Source: Thermodesulfobacteriota bacterium
GTDB taxonomy: Bacteria > Desulfobacterota > Desulfobulbia > Desulfobulbales > SURF-16
Assembly (NCBI GenBank): GCA_039715015.1
Contig: JBDLIE010000016.1
Coordinates: 1-64,000, forward strand
Length of the DNA: 64,000 nucleotides
Direction: 5' to 3'
A program made the position numbers and the translations under genes. Within the stretch, counting starts at the first letter, position 1; each line of letters starts with the position of its first letter. Shown piece after piece: positions 40,136 to 50,137 of the stretch. The notes beneath the pieces are model-generated. The model was not told where the DNA came from, ran no database searches, and saw only the letters and a program-made list of their open reading frames with translations.

Positions 40136-40562
40136 GGCTCCCCTGAAGAAATTAATGCCTTCGGAGTTGTTTTCATGGCAGCAATGGCAAGAAATGCCAA
40201 AAGAGCCATGTAAGATAAAAAAGTTTGCCTTGATACGAAGGCATTTATACCCCGCAAGGGGGTACTGAACAGACCCCGTTCACTCATTCCAGCTTTGGTT
40301 GAAATAAGTGGAAACTTTTATCTTACACAACTGTTTGCTTTTGACAACAGCTTGTTGCTGCCTGACTGTGCAGGGGTGTCAAAGTTGCCAGAAAGTTTTG
40401 TTTTCCCTAAAAAAAGGGAGCGGCTCCAGCTTGGCTCGATTATTTATGCCAGATGACCTGAAGAGGGAGTATAAAAGGTTAAGCAGAGCACGTGCAGTAT
40501 TGCATGAAGTTTAATCAAAGTTGCCATCTTGCAGGCGGCAATGACCATAAAAGAGGAAGCCC

Positions 40563-42755
40563 ATGGGCCGTCGGAGTAAACGACAGAAATTTAAACAGAG
40601 AAAGGCGGACCGCCGTGCAACACCAAAATCGGGACGGCGAAGCAAACAGCCCCTCTTTGATATGGAGCCGGACCGGATTGTTGCGGCTATCCATCACCGC
40701 GGCGGTATGGCTGAGTCAAAAGAGATCTGGCACGATCTTGACTGGCCCCGTTCCGCCCGTAAAGATCTCTATCTTCTCCTCGATGCCCTTGTCCAGCAAC
40801 GGGTTCTGGTTGATGCCGGCGGCAAGAGCTATGGCCTCAATCCCAGAGAATTCCAGGAAGGCAGTTTGGTGGTGAACCCAAAAGGCTTTGGCTTTGTTAC
40901 TCTGGCCACCGCTAAGCCCGGTAAGGATGACAAGGATGTTTTCATCCCGGGCCGTTTCTTGGGGGCGGCCATGCATGGTGACACCGTTCTTATCCAGCAG
41001 ATTGGCGCCGGCCGTGGTCGAAGCGAGGGTAGGGTCGTTGCCGTGGTTAAGCGGGGCCTTGAGCAGCTGGTGGGTGTTTTTGTTGATGGGGTAGTGACCC
41101 CTGATGACAGCCGTCTTCGTCTTGCTGTCAGAATCATGGATGGCGAGAGCCAGGGAGCCAAAAATGGCGATGCTGTCCTGGTGGCCCTGGAGGAATTTTT
41201 AGCCGAGTCCCGTTCAGCCACAGGAAAGGTGGTTGAGGTCCTGGGTAACCCCGATTCTGCCAAGGTGCAGATGGAGATGGTCATTCGCAATTTCGAACTG
41301 CCCCATGAGTTCTCCGATGCCGTGAAAGATCAGGTGGCCAAAATCAGTGCCAAGGTCGAAGTGGAAGAGGGGCGCGAAGATCTACGTGATATCTTCCATG
41401 TCACCATTGATGGTGAGACGGCCCGTGATTTTGATGATGCGGTCAGTGTTGTTAAACAGAAAAAAGGCTTTCGTCTCTACGTCTCCATTGCCGATGTCAG
41501 CCATTATGTTAAGCCGGGGAGCCCTTTGGACAAAGAAGCCTACCAGCGCGGCACCAGTGTCTATTTCCCGGCCGGGGTTCTGCCCATGTTGCCGGAGCGA
41601 CTGTCCAACGGCCTTTGTAGCCTTAATCCTGACGAGGATCGTTACGCTTTTTCTGCCATTCTTGATTTTGACAGCTCCGGCAAGAGGGTGAAAAGCAGTT
41701 TCTGCCGTTCGCTGATTCAAAGCCGATTCCGTCTCACCTACACCCGGGTCTGGGAGATTCTCCAGGGTAACCTTGCTGAGAAGGGCGATGATGAACTCAA
41801 GGAACCGGTGGAAACCATGGCCCGTCTCGGGAGTTTGCTGGAAAAGAGACGGATGGGGCGGGGGGCTATTGGTTTTGAGTTGCCCGAGGTTGAGATTGCC
41901 GTGGGCGACAACGATCAGGTTAAGGCCCTCCATAAAAGAGTACGTAATCAGGCCCATAAACTCATCGAGGAATTTATGCTGGCCGCCAATGAGGCCGTGG
42001 CTGAGGCCATGGACCATGCCAAGGTGGATATCCTCTATAGGATCCATGAGACCCCGGACCCCCTCAAGGTGGAGGAGTTTGCCGATTTTGCCCATTCCTT
42101 TCTCGGCAAGCTTCCCAAGGCCGCCAGTTCACCGCAATGGTTTAATACGGTGCTGGCCAAGGCCGAGGGTACTCCCAAGGAGTATATGGTCAATAACCTG
42201 TTGCTCAGAGTCATGAAGCAGGCTTGCTACAGCCCTGAGAATGCCGGGCATTTTGGCCTGGCCGCCTCCTATTATTGCCATTTTACCTCTCCCATTCGCC
42301 GCTATCCCGATCTCCAGGTCCATCGGGCCCTGGCCGACTGGTTGCTGGGAGCTAAACCATCTGCCAAGACCAAGGGCAAACTCCTTGATGCCGGAGATTT
42401 TCTGTCAAAACGAGAACGGGTTGCCGTGGATGCCGAGCGGGAGATGACTAATCGCCTTAAGGCCCAATATATGTCGCGCCATATTGGTGATAGTTTTCCC
42501 GGCATCATCTCAGGGGTTACGGACTGGGGGCTTTTTGTCGAACTTGACGATTTGATGGTCAGCGGCGCCATTCCCCTTACCGATCTGGCCGGCGATTATT
42601 ATGTCCTTGAGGAGAAGATGCACCGCCTGGTGGGCAGGCGAACCGGCAAGCGCTATCAACTTGGCGATCTGGTGATAGTCAGGGTGGCCAGTGTTGATCT
42701 TCTGAGCTACCGGATCAATTTTGTTTTTGAAGAAGATGCGATTGCTGAAGGATAA
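40563..42755 (+). CDS. rnr: Ribonuclease R
   Basis: KGFGFV, TIDGETARDFDDA, IEEFML.AN, HFTSPIRRYPD and a C-terminal S1 domain. Confidence 0.95.
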   Translation: MGRRSKRQKFKQRKADRRATPKSGRRSKQPLFDMEPDRIVAAIHHRGGMAESKEIWHDLDWPRSARKDLYLLLDALVQQRVLVDAGGKSYGLNPREFQEGSLVVNPKGFGFVTLATAKPGKDDKDVFIPGRFLGAAMHGDTVLIQQIGAGRGRSEGRVVAVVKRGLEQLVGVFVDGVVTPDDSRLRLAVRIMDGESQGAKNGDAVLVALEEFLAESRSATGKVVEVLGNPDSAKVQMEMVIRNFELPHEFSDAVKDQVAKISAKVEVEEGREDLRDIFHVTIDGETARDFDDAVSVVKQKKGFRLYVSIADVSHYVKPGSPLDKEAYQRGTSVYFPAGVLPMLPERLSNGLCSLNPDEDRYAFSAILDFDSSGKRVKSSFCRSLIQSRFRLTYTRVWEILQGNLAEKGDDELKEPVETMARLGSLLEKRRMGRGAIGFELPEVEIAVGDNDQVKALHKRVRNQAHKLIEEFMLAANEAVAEAMDHAKVDILYRIHETPDPLKVEEFADFAHSFLGKLPKAASSPQWFNTVLAKAEGTPKEYMVNNLLLRVMKQACYSPENAGHFGLAASYYCHFTSPIRRYPDLQVHRALADWLLGAKPSAKTKGKLLDAGDFLSKRERVAVDAEREMTNRLKAQYMSRHIGDSFPGIISGVTDWGLFVELDDLMVSGAIPLTDLAGDYYVLEEKMHRLVGRRTGKRYQLGDLVIVRVASVDLLSYRINFVFEEDAIAEG

Positions 42756-42770
42756 AAGGGCGGGGAAGTT

Positions 42771-43556
42771 GTGGGTGTACATAAAAAATTAGAAGCGGTT
42801 AAAAAGCAGCTTTCAAGGGTTCAGGTGGTGCTGGTGCGCCCTAAATATGGCGAGAATGTCGGTGCTGCGGCCCGGGTCGCCCATAATATGGGGATCAGCC
42901 GACTTGTTGTGGTGGCTGATGAGATGCCTGAGCAGGCAGCCATGGAAAAAATGGCCACCCACCACGCTAAGGGGCTTATTACGGATCTCAGGCTGGCCCC
43001 AACACTGGACAGGGCCGTGGCCAACTGTTCTTGGGTGGTGGGCACCACGGCCCGTCAGGGCAGGCGCCGTTTTTTTCTGGAAAACCCGGCCCAGATGGTG
43101 GAACACCTTCTTCCTAAACTCGCCCACAACCGGGTGGCCTTAGTCTTTGGTCCTGAAAATCAGGGTCTCAGTAACGCCGAGCTTGAACTCTGCAATGCCA
43201 CAGTAACTATCCCCACCGCTGATTTTTCCTCTCTAAATCTGGGCCAGGCCGTGGGTGTTATCTGCTACGAGCTTTTCAGCACCTTGATGAACCGCAAGGG
43301 AGGTTCTTCGGTGGCACCGTCTCAGGCCTCTTCCCGGGTGCTGGCAGCCATGTATGATAATTTGGAGGAGACCTTGCGTGCCATTGGCTATCTGCGCGAA
43401 GCAGACCTGGGGCAATGGCGCCATAACTTCAGCCATTTCTTTAACCGTATTGGCCTGCGGGCCAGAGAGGTCAAGCTTATCAATGGCATTTGCAAGCAGG
43501 TGCAGTGGCTGGCTGACGGCAAAGCTGTGGATAAGGGGGAAGGGAAGAAGAAGTAG
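42771..43556 (+). CDS. SPOUT RNA methyltransferase (TrmJ/LasT group)
   Basis: VLVRP..ENVG.AAR, LVFGPE..GL and SLNLGQAV. Confidence 0.88.
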   Translation: MGVHKKLEAVKKQLSRVQVVLVRPKYGENVGAAARVAHNMGISRLVVVADEMPEQAAMEKMATHHAKGLITDLRLAPTLDRAVANCSWVVGTTARQGRRRFFLENPAQMVEHLLPKLAHNRVALVFGPENQGLSNAELELCNATVTIPTADFSSLNLGQAVGVICYELFSTLMNRKGGSSVAPSQASSRVLAAMYDNLEETLRAIGYLREADLGQWRHNFSHFFNRIGLRAREVKLINGICKQVQWLADGKAVDKGEGKKK

Positions 43557-43577
43557 AAATGGCCAGGCTGGTTCAGC

Positions 43578-45803
43578 TCAGCCTTGCAGTACTTTTTTTA
43601 TGGCCAGGCCGAGCTCCTCAAGGGTGTATGGTTTTTTGATGAATCCGCCGGCTCCCAGGCTGATGGCCTTTTTCACCTCATGGCTCTCTGAAAAACCGCT
43701 GACTATCACCGCCTTTTGATCTGGATGTTCTTTTAATATTTGCTCATATGTCTGGCGGCCATTAATTCCTGGATCCATCAACATGTCAAGAAGAACAAGG
43801 TCAGCTTTGTTTTTTGCCATGTAGCTGACGGCATCTTCGCCGGAACTCACCGTTGTAGCAGTGTAGTTCAACAAGGTTAAGATCTGTGAAGCGATATCCC
43901 GCTGATGGGGTTCGTCATCCACCACCAGAACCTGCTCTCCGTTTCCATGCAGCTCCTTTGTGTTGACATTAAAGACGGCATCGGGTGCTTGCCTTTTGGT
44001 GGCAGGGAAGAGAAGGGAGAAGGTTGTCCCTTTGTCAGTGCTCGCAACGCTGACCTGGCCGCCGTGATCCTCCATGGCATTCCAAACCACTGCCAAGCCG
44101 ATGCCTGTACCGCTGCGGCCCATTTTTTTCTTGGTATAAAAGGGTTCGAAAATATGCTCCAGATCGGCGCTTGCAATGCCTGGTCCATTATCAATCACCA
44201 TCAGGGCGACGTAATCTCCTGCCGGTAGATTTTTGCCTGAGTCCTCTTCTGCAAGGGCATAGTTTTCAGTTTTGAGGATGATCTTTCCATCAATACCCAA
44301 GGCTTCAGCGCCATTAATAACAAGGTTCATGAGGCATTTTCGAACATGAACCGGAGAGCAGAAGATATTGGCAAGCTCAGGACTTAAACTGGTGCTTATT
44401 TTTACCCCGGGGTACAGGGAGAGCAATTTTTTGCCTTCAAGGGAGGCAAGATAGTCAAGGATGAGATTGTTCACCTGCACGATTTCACGGACTTTAGCAA
44501 CACTGCGCGCCACTGTGAGGAGATCTGCTACAACGGCAGCGGCACGCAGGCCAGATTCATGGATGGCGGTGATAGGCCGGCGTAATTCATGCTCTTCAGG
44601 CAACTGCATGAGAAGGAGTTCTGGATAACTCACCACTCCGGACAGGATATTGTTGAGGTCGTGGGCAACACCACCAGCCATCAGGCCAATGGCCTCCATT
44701 TTTTCAGCCTTTTGCAGTTTGGCCTCGGTGATGACTCTTTCGTCAATCTCTTTGAGGAGTTTTTGGGTCCGCTCTTCAACTTTTTCCCCCAGTTTTTGAT
44801 TGTTGCGGATCAGAGAGTGGTTGAGGTTGACGATCTTCTGGACAAGGGAGCCATAGCTGAAATAAAGAATAAGAAAGGAAAGACCAACCAGGATAAGGCT
44901 GAGAAAAAAGGCTGAAAAAAGTAAAGACCTCCCCTTGTTAACCTCGGGGCTGATATCCAGGGCCACAAAGAGGACAGCCAGCTCTTTCCCTTGAAAGTTG
45001 GCCAAAGAATTAATGTTAGAGATAATATAGTTTTTATCATCAACTTTAATAGTCTGCTGCTTTTTCCCCCAGTCGATATCAGAGATTATGTCCTTGAGCA
45101 ACGTATCATCCGTAACTTCAATGGTGTGAGTGGGGCCGGCAAGGCCTTTTTGATGTTGGGGCCAAATGGTGGCGTATTCACTGTTGGGAATGGCCAAGCC
45201 CACCGGGGTTTTCAGCTGCCTGAAGATGGTGTCAAGAAGTACTCGTCCGTCAATGCCGAACTGCACTGCTCCCAGGTACTCCCCCTTGTAAAAGACAGGG
45301 TTCACCACCCGGTATTGTAAGCCCACATAGCCGGTGGTGAAACCTGAGCGCTGGCGGCGATCTTTATTGACTGCAACCACATCCGGCCGCATCTTCCTGA
45401 CATCCTGGCCGAAATTTTTCGGGTTATGGACGCGGAGAAAGGCGGTGGTGTCAGGGAGAATCCAGCCAAAGGTAGCAAAGTAGGGGTCTTCTTGGCGGAG
45501 AAGGTCGAAATAGGGCTTGTTGAGTTTCTGGAGCCTTTGCCGGTCCCGATCAGCAAAGGCCGCGAGGAGCGCTTCTCTGCTTTTGGACGTTTTGTAATTT
45601 ACAAAACTTTTTATACGTAATGCGTAGTGCCGGCTGGCCTGATCAATAATGGTCTTGGCGACGATGTTGGCGCTCTTCGTTTTGCTGGCAATGAGGGTGT
45701 CAAGGTTTTGCCGGTTCTGCCTGGCAAGCAGGCTGAGGAAGATGGCGCAGATGGTCAGGATGACCAGCATCACTGCAGTGATGACTTTAGCCCGTGTGCT
45801 CAT
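43578..45803 (-). CDS. Hybrid sensor histidine kinase/receiver with a periplasmic Cache-like domain
   Basis: TM-periplasmic-TM layout; AHDLNNIL, DNGPG, GTGIGL; receiver VVDDE, LLDM and KKP. Confidence 0.93.
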   Translation of the reverse strand: MSTRAKVITAVMLVILTICAIFLSLLARQNRQNLDTLIASKTKSANIVAKTIIDQASRHYALRIKSFVNYKTSKSREALLAAFADRDRQRLQKLNKPYFDLLRQEDPYFATFGWILPDTTAFLRVHNPKNFGQDVRKMRPDVVAVNKDRRQRSGFTTGYVGLQYRVVNPVFYKGEYLGAVQFGIDGRVLLDTIFRQLKTPVGLAIPNSEYATIWPQHQKGLAGPTHTIEVTDDTLLKDIISDIDWGKKQQTIKVDDKNYIISNINSLANFQGKELAVLFVALDISPEVNKGRSLLFSAFFLSLILVGLSFLILYFSYGSLVQKIVNLNHSLIRNNQKLGEKVEERTQKLLKEIDERVITEAKLQKAEKMEAIGLMAGGVAHDLNNILSGVVSYPELLLMQLPEEHELRRPITAIHESGLRAAAVVADLLTVARSVAKVREIVQVNNLILDYLASLEGKKLLSLYPGVKISTSLSPELANIFCSPVHVRKCLMNLVINGAEALGIDGKIILKTENYALAEEDSGKNLPAGDYVALMVIDNGPGIASADLEHIFEPFYTKKKMGRSGTGIGLAVVWNAMEDHGGQVSVASTDKGTTFSLLFPATKRQAPDAVFNVNTKELHGNGEQVLVVDDEPHQRDIASQILTLLNYTATTVSSGEDAVSYMAKNKADLVLLDMLMDPGINGRQTYEQILKEHPDQKAVIVSGFSESHEVKKAISLGAGGFIKKPYTLEELGLAIKKVLQG

Positions 45804-46243
45804 AGCAGATTGCTGCCTTTACAATGGGGTGAAATCTGGCTGAGGAAAGGGGCCGGCAAAGAGAGTGGCAGCATAAGACGAAGGAAACCTGTTTCAAGGA
45901 AAAGTTAAGAAAAAGTATAGATTGGCTGTATTGTGATTGCAAGCAGGAAAGGATTTCATCTATCTAGACAATGCTATCCAATGATATGGTGAAAATAGAA
46001 AAAGATCATTGAATTCAGTTTGCTACATACTGTGGGCCGGGTACGAACTAGCCCTTCTGGCGGTATTTTTTTGCAAGGAGGTGTTGGCCATGGGGCCACC
46101 ACTCCCTTTCTTTAGGTACATAGGCGGTTGGCAATGAAAAAAGTTGAGTAAAATGTGAAATTTCCCTACCCTGGATAGGAGTTTCAGCTTTCGCTGTAGT
46201 GTCTGTTGCCGAACGATTAAACCTCTCTTATCCTGGACGATTT

Positions 46244-47585
46244 ATGTCTTTTCACGGTGATATCTCCAAGTTTTTCCCACCTGATCTGCTTGAGTACCTG
46301 GCATCCTTTTTGTAAAAACTATTTTGATACCACCCTGATCCTTTCGGTGAAAGAGGGTGAATTGTTCCGTTGTCTGGCCTTTCAAAAAGATGAAGAGGGC
46401 CGACTGCACACCAAGGTCATTAAGGAAAAGCCCCTTGTTGTGGACGATCAGATTGTGCGTACGGCCTGTGAAAAAGGATTGGCCTTTTTGGGAAAAGTAT
46501 ATGATAGCGAATTTTTTGGGAGCCTTATTGATCTTCCTGAGGAAGGCGAGTGCGGCCTTATTCCCATTGATGTCCAACCTGGCAGCGCCAAGCTGATTTT
46601 TACTGTTAACAGCCAGGTGACGGAAGGCATGGGCCCTCTCCATTTTCTTGACCTCCTTTCCTGGCTGATTGCTCCGGCTCAGTCGGTCAAGATCAGCAAC
46701 GAGACGGCTGTGGATATGCCTGAAAATATAGGCGAGGATAAGGCCACCAAGCTCATTGCCCTCACTGACGAGTTGCCGCCCATGCCCCATGTTGTGGGCC
46801 AGGCCCTGAAGCTCATTGCTGATCCAAATAGTTCCTTAGAAGAGCTCACCGCCGTGCTGGCCCAGGATCAATCTCTGCTGGCCATGATCATCAAGGTGAG
46901 TAACTCGGCCCTCTATAGTACCGGCCAGGAGACCAGCTCCCTGCAGAGCGCCATCACCAAGCTTGGGGTGGATATTGTCCGCAGTCTGGTGCTGACCGCC
47001 TCCACCCACTCTTTCTTTCCTAATGATGATGCCAGGTTTGCGCGCTTTGGCAAGGCCCTTTGGGGCCACTCCAAGGAATGCGGTCTGGCGGCTCGCCGTT
47101 TGGCCCAGACCATCGCCTACCCTGATCCTGAAGAGGCCTTTGTTGGCGGTCTTCTTTATGATATCGGCCGTCTGGCTATCTTGATGGGTTACCCTGCGGA
47201 GTATGCTGAGATCGACAGACTTAACTGTTCTGGAAAGAAGGGATTGGTTCAAGCCGAGCAGGACCTTCTCGACTTTGACCATACCGTTATCGGTCAGATG
47301 CTGGCGCAGAAATGGCGTATGCCTTCATCTCTTTTGGCCTGCGTTGAACAGCATCACCGGCCCCAGGAGGCCACGGACAATTTCCGTACTCTGGCCAACA
47401 TCACGGCCATGGCTGATTATCTCAGTATCCAGGTGGGTAAGGCCCCCGGCTTCAAGGAACTTGATGAGTGGCAGGATATCAAAGTGGTGCAAAGTGAGCT
47501 TGGCCTGGATGCTGCTGCTCTTGTTGACTTGGAAAAGAAGCTGCACGAGGATTTTCGCCAGGCGGATATGTTTGACGTCGCTTAG
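46244..47585 (+). CDS. HDOD-domain signalling protein, probably frameshifted near the N-terminus
   Basis: LPPMP, DQSL...IIKV.NS..Y, W.HS, GLLYDIG, DH...G..LA..W..P and HH. The ATG at 46244 joins the 46257 frame if one T of the T5 run (46307-46311) is removed. Confidence 0.8.
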
Positions 47586-47619
47586 GGGGCATGGGCCTAG
47601 TGTTCTGCACCTTTTCTTG

Positions 47620-47820
47620 TTTTGCGATTACTAAGGAGTTTCAGCAATTTTCGAAGCGCGATGCTGTGGGAGCAGCCCAAAGGTATTCGAAGTCTTCGCT
47701 TATCTCCTCCGGGGCACCCGGCCCTCCGGCGATAAAGGCGTTATCTATTGCTCAAGTCCTTCATGTAGCCCTGAGCCATGATGGTCAGTGATTGGCTGAA
47801 GTTCGATGGGAATCACATTT
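47620..47820. mobile_element. MITE-like repeat family A copy
   Basis: Shares the core ttcgaagtct.cgcttatctcct.cggggcacccggccctccggcgataaag and the right end tggctgaagtt.gatgg.aatcacattt with 55379-55620. Confidence 0.8.
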
Positions 47821-47897
47821 TGTTTTTCAGTTCGCCTCTCTTCTTTGCCTTCGCAGGGATTCATGCTAGTCTGCGTGAAACAACGAGGGCCTCATTG

Positions 47898-48533
47898 ATG
47901 GAAAGCCATCCCCCAAACATAAAGAGCCGCAATGCTCTACGCCAGGAAATGCTGTCCCGGCGTGACGGACTTGCCGGGCAGGTGCGCCAGGAAAAGAGTC
48001 GGGCCTTGGCTGAGCGCCTCGGTCATCTCGAATCTTTTGCCCAGGCAAGCGCCATTCTTTTTTTTGTCAGTTTTCGAAGCGAGGTTGATACCTTTTTTCT
48101 CATGCGCCAGGCCTTGGAGCGAGGTGTACAGGTAGCTGCTCCCCTAACGCTGACCAAGGAAAAAAAGCTTCAAGTTTTTGCCATTAGAGATTTAGACACG
48201 GATCTTGTCTCGGGCTACCAGGGTATTTGGGAGCCGGACCCCGAGGGTTGCACTCTTTTGCCACCGTCCAGCCTCGATCTTGTTGTGGTGCCGGGCTCTG
48301 TTTTTGATCGGCAAGGGGGACGGATGGGCTATGGCGGCGGCTATTATGATCGTTTTTTGGCCGAGGACGCTCCCCAGGCTATCAGGGTGGGAATATGCTT
48401 TGATCTGCAGCTGGTGGACAAGGTGCCCATGGCCAGCCATGACCAATACCTTGACTTTGTCGTAACGGAATCGCACATTGCCGCTTCTGGCCGCCTTCGC
48501 CAAGATTTGTTGCAGGGTAAAGGCTCAGAGTAA
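47898..48533 (+). CDS. 5-formyltetrahydrofolate cyclo-ligase
   Basis: SEVDT, GI.EP, DLVVVPG..FD..G.RMGYGGGYYDR and D..LD.VVTE. Confidence 0.93.
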   Translation: MESHPPNIKSRNALRQEMLSRRDGLAGQVRQEKSRALAERLGHLESFAQASAILFFVSFRSEVDTFFLMRQALERGVQVAAPLTLTKEKKLQVFAIRDLDTDLVSGYQGIWEPDPEGCTLLPPSSLDLVVVPGSVFDRQGGRMGYGGGYYDRFLAEDAPQAIRVGICFDLQLVDKVPMASHDQYLDFVVTESHIAASGRLRQDLLQGKGSE

Positions 48534-48562
48534 CATATGAAAAACAACAGAGAGGACATTCT

Positions 48563-49606
48563 GTGAGTACAGCAATTTTCCGAGATAATCTCTACCTTCA
48601 GCATGATCCCGGCTTTGATCATGTGGAAAGCCCGGATCGTTTGCAGGTTGTCTATGACCAGCTTGATAATCCGGATATTGCGAAGCAGTTTGTTTTTCCA
48701 ACGGCCCAAGCCGCCCCTTTTGATATCTTGAGCCTTAATCACAGCAAGGCCCATGTCGAACGTATTGCCCAGACCGCCGGGCGTACCTTTGACGCCCTTG
48801 ACCAGGACACCACCACCTCGGCAGCATCCTATGATGCTGCCTGCCTGGCCGCCGGTGCCGTGGTGGAGGGGGTCCGCATGGTGATGCAGGGTGAGGTGGA
48901 CAATTGTTTTGCTCTTGTCAGACCTCCGGGACATCATGCCGAGCATGACAGGGCCATGGGCTTTTGTCTTTTTAATAATGTCGCCATTGCCGGCCGTTAC
49001 GCCCTGGAAAAATTAGGAGTACAAAGGGTTATCATCATCGACTGGGACCTGCACCACGGCAATGGTACCCAGAATTCCTTTATTGATACCGATCAGGTTC
49101 TCTATTTCTCCACCCATCAGTTTCCCTATTATCCCGGCACTGGCTCCCTCCATGAAACCGGCCAGGGCAAGGGTGAAGGCTACACGGTGAATGTCCCTCT
49201 TACCCCTGGCCTCGGTGATGAGCATTACGCCCGCATTTTTAATGAGATTTTGGCGCCTGTGGTCCGCCAATATCAGCCGGAGCTTATTTTGGTGTCTGCC
49301 GGGTACGACACCGCCCATAATGATCCTTTAGGCGGCATGAATATTACCACAGAGGGCTTTGCCTACATGACCAGGAAGGTGGTAGAGCTTGCCGAAGAGG
49401 TGTGTGATGGCCGCCTGGTCCTCACCCTGGAGGGGGGGTACAACCTGCAAAGCCTGGCCAATGGCGTCTTGGCAGGGTTGGTCGAGTTGCTTGGCCGTAC
49501 CACCCTGAAGGATGAGGTGCTGGCTAAACTGAGCGATACAAAGATCCCTTTTCCCGCCTTTGATAGCGCCCAGGATGAGGCGGCGAAAAAATGGCAGTTT
49601 CCCTGA
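48563..49606 (+). CDS. Histone-deacetylase-family hydrolase
   Basis: RPPGHHA, GFCLFNN, DWDLHHGNGTQ, SAGYD and LEGGY. Confidence 0.95.
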   Translation: MSTAIFRDNLYLQHDPGFDHVESPDRLQVVYDQLDNPDIAKQFVFPTAQAAPFDILSLNHSKAHVERIAQTAGRTFDALDQDTTTSAASYDAACLAAGAVVEGVRMVMQGEVDNCFALVRPPGHHAEHDRAMGFCLFNNVAIAGRYALEKLGVQRVIIIDWDLHHGNGTQNSFIDTDQVLYFSTHQFPYYPGTGSLHETGQGKGEGYTVNVPLTPGLGDEHYARIFNEILAPVVRQYQPELILVSAGYDTAHNDPLGGMNITTEGFAYMTRKVVELAEEVCDGRLVLTLEGGYNLQSLANGVLAGLVELLGRTTLKDEVLAKLSDTKIPFPAFDSAQDEAAKKWQFP

Positions 49607-49736
49607 GGAAAATTTTCAAGCTGCCATTAAAAAGCCCTATTGAACTTCACCGGCGGGAAGGGTAGTATGCCTTGTTTGCCAGCCCTTGAGAGCGTTATTG
49701 TTGGTGCAAAAAAGGTTTTAACAAAGAGAAACTATT

Positions 49737-50021
49737 ATGAGTATTTCCAAAGAAGAAGTAATGAAGGTCGCCAATCTGGCTCGTCTTGAACTCTCTGAGC
49801 AGGAAGCAGAGAGCATGACAGACCAGCTTGCCACCATTCTCGGCTATGTGGCGAAATTGGACGAGGTTGATTGCCAGGATATAGCACCGACCACCCATGT
49901 CCTTGCCATTGAAAACGCCTTCCGTGCCGATGAGGTGAAGCCCTCCCTCTCCCAGGAGGAGGCCCTTGCCAACGCTCCTCTGCAAAATGGCGAGGCGTTT
50001 GTGGTGCCCAGGGTTATTTGA
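49737..50021 (+). CDS. gatC: Asp/Glu-tRNA amidotransferase subunit C
   Basis: VANLARL, PTTH, R.D, NAP and F.VPRVI. Confidence 0.95.
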   Translation: MSISKEEVMKVANLARLELSEQEAESMTDQLATILGYVAKLDEVDCQDIAPTTHVLAIENAFRADEVKPSLSQEEALANAPLQNGEAFVVPRVI

Positions 50022-50043
50022 CCTCGCAAGATGATATGAGTTC

Positions 50044-50107
50044 ACCACAAAAGGCACAGAGGCACGGGGTCTCAACAAAAGCTCCGTGGCGCTGTGCCTT
50101 TTGTGGT
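50044..50107. repeat. Long intergenic palindrome
   Basis: 16-bp perfect arms accacaaaaggcacag / ctgtgccttttgtggt between gatC and gatA. Confidence 0.8.
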
Positions 50108-50137
50108 TCAATCAAAATATAAATAGAAAAAATTCCA

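Noticed and set aside
40308..40514. Cys-rich 68-aa ORF between the RSH gene and rnr
   Set aside because: GTG start without a clear RBS, no recognisable family, and it lies in a divergent promoter region.
47586..47897. 6S RNA upstream of the 5-formyl-THF cyclo-ligase gene
   Set aside because: The position is typical, but the sequence is a copy of the repeat also found at 55379-55620.
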